Shown one piece after another: positions 46,501 to 58,500 of a stretch of DNA of 64,000 nt. The first letter of the stretch is position 1. The number at the start of each line of letters is the position of its first letter. The position numbers were made by a program, and so were the translations under genes. Below the pieces are notes generated by a model that was not told the DNA's origin, did no database searches, and was given only the letters and a program-made list of their open reading frames with translations. This DNA comes from an uncultured euryarchaeote (GTDB lineage Archaea; Thermoplasmatota; Poseidoniia; Poseidoniales; Poseidoniaceae), in assembly GCA_937899865.1 (NCBI GenBank), contig CALBRH010000055.1, forward strand, positions 5,512-69,511, written 5' to 3'.

Positions 46501-49500
46501 GCGAGTGGTACACTAACTTCTAGATATTGTCCTTGAGCAGATACTGCACTTGCACCTGGGTCTAATACCCAATTAGGAGCATTGTAGTAGTAGACATCCA
46601 CGCCAGCAGAAGTCACGACAATTGCGAAGTCTGCATCATATGGTAGAGTGTGTACATTATTGTATCCGGTTGAACTACCAGCCATATCATTGCTGTCTAC
46701 ATAAACGTAGACATCGCTTGCAGATGTGTCAACACTGTCAAATCCTAAGACAAGTGAACCCGAATCTGTTGTCACATACATTGGTCCACCAACAAGACCT
46801 GGCATAGCATAGCCAGATGGATTTAGAGCATTGCCACCAACCCAATCATCACTATTACCATCTACAACCATTGTTGTAGTGAAAGTTGGTGATGAATAAG
46901 CCGAGTAATCTTCATCCGAGACGATTGATAAACCAACTTGTGCAGTTGGTTCGCCGCCAAGGTGATCTGCATCGATATTCAACCAGTTTGCCTCATCAAC
47001 AATTGATGTTGCATCTGTTGAAACCTTAGCCGCATCAAGAGCCCAATCAATAACTGTCAATCGAGTATTGTCACGCGCATCAATCCAAGTGGTTGAACTT
47101 GCTGATTTTGCTGCAGATGCAGGACTGCTTGAACCGCCGGCAGGATCTGTTAATGATTGTACAGTTCCCTTGACATTTTCAGCAATCATGATAGTATCAG
47201 CGTCAGCCTGACCAGCATCCCATAGAACTTCTGAATTCTTGGCATGGAAACCAACATTGCCAGTTACATCCATTGGATATAGCCAAGCATAGTTGCTGTC
47301 CTCAACCATCAAACCAGTTCCAGTAGAGCCACCATCGAAAGTAGCACCGATTACTGAAACTTCAATGTCTTCGGTGTGAACACCAATTCCATTGTCACCA
47401 GCAGTGAAGGAAGCATCGCCAGTAATTGTCAAAATACCGCCACCTGTCTTGTGGATACCAGTCTCGAATCCAGACATAGTTGTACCATCAAGGTTTATGT
47501 CGAAGCCGAATGTATTATCATCATCAAATCCAACTGAACCAGACTGATCGCTACCAGTAATGACTGAGTTTTTATCATTCCAAATACATCCATCATTAAC
47601 AATTGCATTCTGTCCGATGTTGATTGTGTTCGCTTCGGTAAGAACCGCATACGACGAAACATCACAATTGGACAGTTGTATTCCAACTCCAAGCGGATTA
47701 TTGTTTACGCTATCAAAGGTAATGGTATTATCCTTAATTGTTGGACCAACCCATGAGTTATCCTCTGGCATGGCTTCTTGCCATTGTAGAGCAGCTTCTC
47801 CACAGTAAGAACCACAGAATAGTCTAAATCTCATTTCATATCCTGGATCAAGAGTGACCTTGAGTACATCACTCTCTTGTCCAGAAGTAAATGGTATAGA
47901 TGGATAAGCAGAGCTTATACAGTTGATTCTACCAGCCCATGTACCAAATGGTCCACCATAGTTGGTACTACTTGGCGCAGGTGCACCAGTAGTTGTTACC
48001 GCCCATGTACCTGCTGGTGCTACTTGCATACCTATGTTGGTATTACAGTTAGAACCAAATCCGTCACCATATTGGTCAATTCCAACAAAGTCATATGTTA
48101 CTGGATCGTTACCTAGATTCTGTAGTAGTACTCCGTCCATAGTGTTAGAGTACGCTGTTGGGTAGTATGGGTTAGACGAATATCCGAGGTAAGGACCACG
48201 GTATCCTGGTCGAGTGTTCTGTATTCCAGCAACTCCAGGATCCCAGTAGTACATTGGGTTTGTATTAGGTCCAGAAGAAGTAGAAGCCCATGTTCCAGTT
48301 TCACCTTGAACAATTTCGAATCCTCCACCGTTTGGACCATCACCATATGTGTCTAACAGATAGAACACGTATGTTCCTACTTGGTCCAAAACAATGTTTG
48401 GATTTCCGCTGTTCCAAGATTCTTCACCATCTTGTCCGAAGTTACCTGTTGCAGGATCCCAAACAGTCACAGTATTATCAGGTGCTGTGATGTAAACTCT
48501 CAATTCAGAGGCCCATGTACCTGCGATTAAGCGAATAATCATTTCTTGTCCTACATCGTTTGTTGCATAAACGTCAGGAGAGACACAGGATCTCCACCAT
48601 GTAGGGAATGGACATGGATCACCAAATCCACCCCACTGTACGAATTGACCTGGAACGTTAGGGAAATCAGTGTTCACACCAGCAACAACTTCAGTCACGA
48701 ATTCAGTAGGTTTGGTTAACGAATCAGCAAGGATAGCATATTGACCTGGGTCAGTAATATCGTTACCTTCAACATTGAAATCACCGCCAACAGCACTTAT
48801 TGCAAAGTCTGATTGGTAATTGAAGTCATTATCGTTGATGTTCACTCTTTGAACTCCATCAGTACTTACACCATATGCTCCACCATTGAATACGTTGGAG
48901 TCAATTAGAGCATTGAAAGATGTGTCGTCTTGGAATCTAACGTGTGAACAAGTTGAACATGTCATTACGTTGTTAGATAATACCATACCATTGGTATCAG
49001 AATCAGCCCATCCCATGACATTTAGTCCTACAGTATCTACGAAAGTATTGCCATCGATAACAACATTGTTAGAACCAACAACTGTGTGAGCTGTTGATGA
49101 TGTTCCATCATAGTATGAATCAATGAATGCTACACTCAGTACACAATTTGCGAATGTATTACCAGAAATTGTCGCTGAATCTATACCACCAAGTCTCAAA
49201 CAGTAGTCAGCATCTGAGAATAATGTAGGAGTAATTCCTAGATCTCTGTAGTAATAGATGAAGCTGTTCTTAACCTCGACAGTTGAAGGCACGTAAGTAT
49301 TGAATGAACCGAAACTGGAGGAGTCTCTGTCACCAGTACCAGTTGCAAGACCGATGATGTTGTTGAAAGTTACACCATCAATGTCAAGATTCAACGGGTT
49401 CTCATTGGTTCCTTGTAGACCACCAATTACCAGACCAACAACATCACCATTTGCAGTCTTAGGGTAAAGTCCGTTGACTTCACCACCATGCATCTTTAGT

Positions 49501-52500
49501 GTTGTTCCGTATGGGTAATCAGAAATCCATTGTGCGATTCCAGTTCCATATTCAGTAGTATAACCAGTATCGAAAACAATTGCGTTATCCAATGTGTATG
49601 TTACACCATCTCTTAGTTCTAGAGTACCTGAGTCGATCATAATGGCTTTTCCAGACAAGTCCATGGAGGAAGTTCCATCCCACAAACCTTCGTCATCGCC
49701 ATATTCTACCATTCCTGTATCATAGGTTCTCGATCCGGATGCTGAGAAAGATGTTCCTGCACACGGTGAAACCATGACATAGTTTGAATCTGTACCACAT
49801 ACTCTCACATCAATTTGATCAGTTAAACTGTATTGATCGAAATTTGTCGCAGTAGCCGAATCATATGGTGCGTCTGCCAAGTTAGGCGTTGCTTGTAAGT
49901 AACGGAAATCTCCAGAGTTAGTAGTCGAGTCAGTCCATGAATAATCAACTTCTGCTACGCTTGAAATTTTGTATGTGCTGAAGTAGGCAGAGTAATCTGT
50001 CACTCCGCTTGCATCAACATCATAGATCGAGAATGACAATCCGGATGTTAATCCGTTTGCATCTGTAGATCCTGTTGAAGTTGTAGCAGCAGCTTGGCTA
50101 GACATCACAACATTGGCATCAGCTAGAGGTGTTCCGTCAGCATCAAGTTCGGCGAAATAACTTCTATCTCTGTTGAACTTTCCTGTTGAACTTGAACCTA
50201 TAGTAACTTTACTTTGGTCAACTATACCATCTAAGAACGAGACAGCGCTTGAATCAGCAATTTCAACATCTACTGTATTACTTCCAACAATGTCTACATC
50301 GTTCATGGATATATCTCCAACTCCCTCAAAGGACATTGCGGTATTGACGTTAGAAATTGACATTGTGTCAACCATGTGGTTAGCGCTACTTTGAGATCCA
50401 ACTCTAAATCCAACATTACCGTTGGAAATAGTTGCGTCAGCTACAAGAGTTTCAACATCATTGTTTAGATATATGGCAGTACCCAATCCATTAAAGTTAG
50501 AATTGGTTATTTCTTGAATTCCTGCACTTGTAGATGGTGCATAGAATCCATAGTTGTTGTTTGCTCCTAATCCAGAGTCATCTACATCCATATTATCCAA
50601 ATAAACGCTGTTTGTACCAGATGTTCTAACACCGTATTGAACAGGGTCATCGATATCTAGACCGTTGATGTTGGCTAAAGTTCCACCTTGTAGATCAATT
50701 CCTACGTTTGCATCAGTAATTTGTGCGTTATTCAAGATAACACCCTTTCCAATTACTGCTTCGGAATAATCTCCAAATGCTGCTGGGTTGGAACCAGATC
50801 TTGTAAGCAGTTCTACACTATCTCTGTTCATGTTTGCCCAGTGACCAAGCGAACTACCGAGGTATCTGTGCATCATGTCGAATTTCAACTCGACCTTCGC
50901 AATCGAGGAATCTGTCAAATCAATAGTTGGCCAACTCAAAAGCATGTTCGAACCAATGGTTGTTCTGAAGGTAGGAGACCTTGCATTACATGCTTCATAG
51001 TTTGGTGAACCCCATGTTCCAGCCAAACTAGAGCGTGTTTCACCAATTGTTGTGTCATGCCAGTTTCCAAGGTTGGAAATAATGGTTGAATAACCGAATG
51101 CACCACCTGTTCCCATTCCGTAGCGTCCAGTAATTGGGTCATCGAATCCCCAGTTAAATTCTGGGTAAGAAGATACACTGATTGGTTCAGGAACGGTTCC
51201 TTCAGAAATTCTAAATCCGAATTGTTCAGGATATAATGGAGATGTAGTTACTCCATACAAGTCTCCAATGTTAGGAGTACTAGAGTACCAATAGTAGTTG
51301 TCTAGGCGCTCTCCCCATCTCCATGGATTTGGTGATTCTCCACCATAGTTACAATCCCAGAATGGCGCACCACCGGCTCCTCCAAGGTAGCTTAATCCAC
51401 CGTTAGTTACGGCAGGATCATTTTGGCTGTATGGATAATATCCTACATCGTTTTCGTCTTGAATTAGGTATGATGCTCCAGAGTTATCAGTTACTTCAAT
51501 TACTAAGTTGTCCATTGTCACATATGGTACGGACCAAGATGTTACACCATAGCCACCTACAGTATATCTGTATGTGTATGTACCACCGTAATTAATCATC
51601 ATTGCAGGTTGTAGATAATCTGCTTGCCCAACCCAACTGGTTAGATCAACTGTGTATTCTTCCCACTCGAAACAGCCGAATCTGTGGAAGAACCAACAGT
51701 TATCCATGTTTGGAAGTTCTCTTGCATTAAAACCAGTTCCAATGTTGGATGGGTAATTTTGTGCAAGGCCTTGTAATACCGCACTTGAATACATAGTTGG
51801 TAGTTTAGGACCATCTTTTGCGACAATTCCATTAGTATTTCCGTTTGATGTGTAGCCATCTAGATTCATTGAACCGCCGTCGGAGTTAATTCCTACAGCC
51901 ATGTTGGATATAGTTAAACCGTCACCAACAACTTCACCACCATTGGTAAGTTCAATACCTACACCTAGGTTTGATGAACCTGCTAAAGTGGCAGCAGAGG
52001 AAACTGTTACCAATCCACCATCGACATCAATCATTGGGTAAGAGTTTGAAGCAACTGCAGTAGCAGTCAAATATGCTCCTCCACCGAGTTTTAGTTCTGC
52101 GCCGCTTGGAACTTCCAATTGTCCGCTCTTTGAAGAATCGAACAATAGGTTACTAATGGTACCAGATTGCATATCCAAAACACCGCCGGATTCAATCGCA
52201 AGGTCAACTGCATTTAGTAAACCTTCACCGTAAATCTTTGGTATGTCACCAGTTCCTGTATCGGTCATCATAATCAATTTACCACCATTACCAATAGTCA
52301 AAGTTGGATTGTCTAGTGCATCCTCTCTAAATGTAATTTGTGAACCTTCAAGTACAACAGTACATCCATCGATTAGCAAGTCATCTGCGAGCACCATTGT
52401 AGCACCCTTGAACTCGTAAGTACCATCACCATCTGGATCTGTATTGAGGAAGGTTTCGTTAGTTGCCATCCACGCACAGTCCATGAAACTGACATTGTCA

Positions 52501-55500
52501 AGTGTCACAGGAGGTGAAACAAGTCTAATGTCAGCATAACTTCCGATTGTGTAAGTACCAAAGTCAGCCAATGGAACTCCAGTTTGTAGAACTCCATCTT
52601 CGAATAGAACTTCAGTAGCAGGGGTACCATCAACCAATGCTGGATTAGCCTGGCCTGCTCCAGCAGACCCACTAGCTCGTACGACATGAGTGTTGTAAGT
52701 TGTTGGCGTGTGATCTCCAGTAATTACTGCAACATCGCTCGCTCTTCCATCGTTTCCAGTTGTTGCTCTGTGAATTACCTTGTTCGGGAACAATTCAGCG
52801 CCGGTTGAGTCAAGAACAGATGCAGTAATAGTAACTCCTGCCTCTGGTATTTGTTCTGGAAGGCCTGTATTAGCGTCAACTCCCAATCTGTAGGCAAGTG
52901 AATTGGCAAATCCACCATAATAGACTTCTGGGATTGCAGTAGGTTGAACATTGGTATTGCCGTCAATTGATGTGTGACAATCTGTAGTCTTTCCATTGGA
53001 ATCTGCACAATCATTACCATTCAAAGTAACATCGATTAAGAATCCATCAGAAGATAGACCGCCAAAATACAGATATGGACCAAATTCAGATACTGTTGTA
53101 CTGGTCACATCTACATCAACAAAGATACCTTCTGTTGCATGCATGTAAATTGCTGAGTCAGAACTACTGTGAGACATTGTAGATGATACCATCTGAATAG
53201 TACTCGTACCTCCAGGTGTGTTACATTCTGAACTGAGTTGTCCAAGTGCTGAGTTAACAATCTTAATGTTTGCACCACAGCCGAATGATCTGTACAGCCC
53301 AACATCCATGTTAGTGAACTCTAACATATCATTTGAACCACCAGTAACACCAAGTTCTTGAATTGAGAATTCATTAGCGACGGTGATTTGATCAGCTGTT
53401 CCAGGGAAAGTCCTGTACATTGTCATATCAGGTGCTGTAACTCCGTCAAATACTGAGTTAGCACCCATTGAACCTGGTACGTTGGTTGTAGCACCACAAT
53501 ATGGATTGATATCGAATCGATGTTGTCCGGTAGGCATGAAACCTGTACCAAGGTCGACATTGGTCAATGAAACCTTACTTGCTGCGCAAATCCAACCTTG
53601 TGCATAGTTTGGTGCGTTGAAGTTAGTTACTGTAACCTCGGAATTAGCGCCATGACTCAAACCAAGGCTTACACCAGTGTTTTCCCAAGTCCAACCATTG
53701 TTATTCCATCTCCATTGGTCGTTAATGGTAGGCGTAGTTGCAGTTACATCACTAATAGTAATGGTTTGAAGATCTGTTCGAATTAGCGTAACCTTAGAGT
53801 CTACAATGTTTACATACTCCATGGTCAAAGAACCAGAATTACTTCCTGAAACATCAGATGCGATAGCACCTGCCCAATCGTAATTGTTGGTGTTACATCG
53901 AGTCATAGTAGATGGGTTGCCTGCTGTACCTGTTAGTGTAGCAACTGTGTTTTGAGCAAAGTTGAAACAAGAACTTCTTGAGTCAGTAATTGCGAAGTTA
54001 GACATTGTAACAACTGTTCCTTGTCCGCTACCATGAGCGAATGCAGAATCTACATTTGAGTAAGATACATCAGATAGAGTAAATTCTCCTACGTCACAAT
54101 CTTGGGTAGCAGTTCCACATCCTTGGAAACTTGAATCAGCTGGTCTACTACCTGCAGTTATTGCCGCATGGTTAGTATTGCTGATAGAAACATGTTGCAT
54201 TACATGTCTGTCTTCAACAGTTGTACCTGCACAGTCACTAGTAAATGCCAATCCATGCCATAGAGCATTTGAATTGACACTTCTGTCTGCGTTAAAGGTG
54301 ATTGGGTCAGTCGAAGTTCCCATTGCTGTGAACTTTGAACATGTACCGTCAGCCTTGACGCCACCATCGAATGAGATACCTTTGTTCTCTCCGATAATAA
54401 CTTCAACGCCTGGTTCAATTGTCAAGTCAGCATCAATACTTAGGTAACCGCTTGGATCTGATGGGTTAACCTTAATCGGGCTATCGATTAGATACCATGT
54501 AGTATCATCTGTAATATCTGCAGTAACTGTCTTACCTTGGCCATCGAATGGAAGTGTTCTGAACCATACACCTTGACAGGATGTAGTGCCAGTTGAGCCA
54601 CAATAGTCAACTGTTTCACGTGACCAATATGGTGCCATCATGTGCAATTTACCGCTTAGGACGTTGTTTGCGCCGCCACAGGTAGTCCAGAAGTTTGCAC
54701 GGAATGCACCTGATGTTGGCCAGCATCCTGTAGAGGAAGATGAACTTTCGATTCTAATGGTGTTTGTACTACCATCATCAACAAAGTGCAAGAATCCGCT
54801 TCCAGTTGCTTGGATTCTGTTAAGAGGATCGCTACCGTCATAAGACTGGCCATAGAACTCAAAGTTAAAGTCGTCTGGTATGTCAAAGTTTCCTGCACAG
54901 TATACGCCATATTGACTCCAATCAGAGTTTGAGTCACATCTGTCGTCATTACTGAATGTGAATGAACTTACAGGCACGGTCTGAGTCGATGATACAAGAG
55001 GTAGTGGAGTCATTCCAAGTTCGAATGTTTCTACAAGATAGTCTCCAGTATCAGACAGAGTAAATCTCAAGTTGTTAGTATGAGGGTTTCCGTAAACAAA
55101 GTAGTCCCAATTGCCAACTTCCATGAAGTTGCTTCGGTCTTCTCTGATAGCAGTGACGCCTACCTTCTCATTGTTGTAACAGTCCTCGTCATAATGGAAC
55201 TCAAACTCATTGGTAACATCATACATGATAACTTGCATGCTACATCCGTCATTGTTAGATGTGTAAGAATTCTCTTTGTACTCAACCCATTCAACAATCA
55301 ATGTGTTGGTAGGATTAGCAACTTCAAAGGTGTAAGTGTCGCCTTGCATAGAGTTAGCAGGAGGCGCTTGTGGGCTTGGTTGAATGTCTCTTGTTGTCAT
55401 GTGATAGGAAACGGTATCTCCTCTGGTTAATCCAGTGAATTGATAAGTCCATTCACACTCTGAGTAAGTACAGATATTTCTCTTATCCGCATCAGTCTCA

Positions 55501-58500
55501 TAGATGAAAGATGTTGTACCATCTGAGGTTGGAACCAAAGCAGCATCACCAGTTGAGGTTACGACGCCCTGGTCGGAGGTAATTGTATAGTGAATAGTCG
55601 GTCCAACATTTGGTACAGGACTGGTATCTACACCTTGATCTGCATATCGGTTATCGGAAATTGTATAGGTCACAGTTCTATCAAGAGCATGTGAATCGCC
55701 AATTTGTCCACCAGTAACCAATGGTGCGGAACTATCTGGATCTGGTTCTACATTTCTAATCTGCCAAAGCAGACCGTCGTCACGTATGTCTTCTCCAGTC
55801 TTGGTAGCACCTATTGCAAATCCTTGCCAGCTACCGCCTGCACTTGTTTCAGTTGCATCAGGTGTACAATCTGATGAAGTTTCCATGAACATAACGTGCC
55901 CTGCTGTTGTTAAACAGATCTTACTGAATTCCCCAGTTCCGGTACCGAATGGCACTCCACCAAATCCTGTGTTTGTTCCAAGTGATGGTGTATTTGAATC
56001 TGCTAGGTCAATCACGAATGATTCAGCAGTGTAGCCATCAGTGTACAAAGAGTTGATGTCGTAAGGAGTGACAGCGCCAGATGGCCATGCATTTCCAGTG
56101 TATGACTCTACTGTCAACTTTGTGTCAGTATAATCTCCATATCCTGGATCGGTAGTAATGAAGTCCCAAGTACCTGCACCCAAGATTCCACCGTTAGGAA
56201 TGTCGTGTAAGTTTTGGTTCATCGTGTTGGAAACGTGAATCGAGTTCGATGATAAGGAACCAAATGTGTAACCCATATTGTAGGAATCAGTACCTCCATG
56301 AGGTACATTGGTTATTTCCATGTTTTGTTCGTAACACCAACTGTAACATTGGTAGATAACTCTCGCAACATCTCCTTGAGGAACTGTGACTGTTGCCATT
56401 GTTGTTGGCAAGCTATAGTCCCTATTTCGGCCCGAGTCAGCGTATAGAGTGTTGATTGTAATCTGCGGTGTAAACATGTTAGGTGTGTAGGCTTCTGCAA
56501 CTACATCCGGCAAACTGGCATCAAGTCTGTTATCGATGTTATCGGAGCGTAAGACAATCGAAGAACCTGTTGCTGCAATAGCCCATTCATTGCTATTAGA
56601 ATCGTAAACCATCATGAAATTTTGAGTTCCGTATCGACTGATATCGAGAATTCCTCCAAATGCAGAGTCGAGTTCAAGGGTGTTAGTTGGTGCGCCGGTA
56701 CATCCAGTCGCTCCTGGGTTACAGTCGGTAGCGACTCCTTCCCAGTTGATATCCCAGTGACCCAAAGAATGATCGCCAGATGAATGGACATCGTCGTCCC
56801 AGAAACACGTATCGTCGATATTCCAAGATGATGTGTAGAATGAACCACAGTCAGTAAAGTCAAATTCAAAGTAGAATTCTCCACTACCTGCATAGTAAGT
56901 TATCTGTCTATCAAATACATCTTGTGTCTCTTGGTATGAACCGCCTGGTTGATAATCTGGCCCTTTAACATCCTCGAATAAGGCTGTGAGTTTTTTGCTT
57001 GTAGCTTGGTAGACATCTTCAACGGTGAACGTCAAATCAGCAGCACCAACTGCAGGGAAACGACCTGCATTTGGTGACTGTGGTGGAACCTTAGAGTTGT
57101 CTACTGCTGCAGCATCACTGAAAGTCCAATAATAATCTACAGTTGTTCCAGCATTTATGTCCCCGGTTGTTGCGGAGAAGGTACAAACTTGATTCTTGGT
57201 AGCACATGTAGTTAGCAATGTTGAGTCAACATCAGTATATGAGTTGCCGCCATCAGTGCTGTACCACAATTTTGGACCACCAACAGCAGTTGTATCTACT
57301 GGGTTTCTAGCATCCATGATTGATAGGAATAGAGTTCTTGAGCCTTCAACATATGATGTAACACCAGTGTAGTGTCCATCGTATTCAACTGTTGGTGCAA
57401 CGTCATCTGGTGTGTTATCTTCAAGTTCTACAATTAGGTAGAAGTTGGAGAAATCTGCACCACCGTCCCAATTATTGGTGTTTGCACCGCCAATTGAGTT
57501 AAGGGCATTAGGGAATCCGACACCAAATTCGATGTAGCCGCCGTTTGCAGCATTATTGTATACGTCTGCAAACATTGCCATAGTTCCAGAAGAACATGCT
57601 GTAACACTGCCACAAATCGAAACTGTTTGAGGTGTGTTAAGACTTATGTCAATTGGCATTCTAGCTATCTGTTCAGAACTAATCAATGAGTTTAGTCTCT
57701 GAAGAGATGGTGATGCTAGAACAACACCTGATGAGCCACCGGCTGTATCGAATCTTACTTCTCCTCCGGAGCCTGGCCCAGAGCCATCTCCTGCAGTATC
57801 CCAAACCAATGCCTCATAGTTTCCAGGAGTTTGGATGAACACACTGTCTTCAGAGGTATAATCGGTTGCAGCGGTACAAGGTGGTGTTGAAGCAGGGTTG
57901 AAACTGCATAAATCCCAGTAGTTAGTCCATCCAGTTGTACCAGCTTGGCGGTAGTAAATCTCTGTGTGATCTGCATCACCAGGATTAGAACCTGTCCTGT
58001 ACATGAAATATGCTTCTTGTCCGGTCAGTACTGTGAAAGTTGTATCTGCAGGTTCGCTACCTGTCGGTGAACCTCCTGCACCAGGACCTATTGCTGGAAG
58101 TACTGGAGGAGCAGGTGCTTGCTTTACAGTTGCGGAGTTTTCACTTGGCCAGCAACCTGAGGTTGGACAGTTGTAAGCAATTCTCATCTCATCTCCAGCA
58201 TTTACTGTGAAGTATCTTGGAACCTCATATCCGTCATCTTCAGCATCGTGAGCAGCACCGGTAAAATCTCCAACGGTAACTAAGTCTGTCCATGCTGCAT
58301 TAGATGCACCAATTGTTCTTGTTTGGAAATAAACTGCTGCGTTAGAGTTAAGTCCATCACCGTAAGAATCGGTTACGATGTATTCATAACTACCAGCATC
58401 AAAAATTCCATTGCTCTCAAACGATGATGATCCGCTAACGAAATCAACTGAGCTTCCATCGCATGTAGTCATATCAGAGGTCATTGAATACTGATATTGA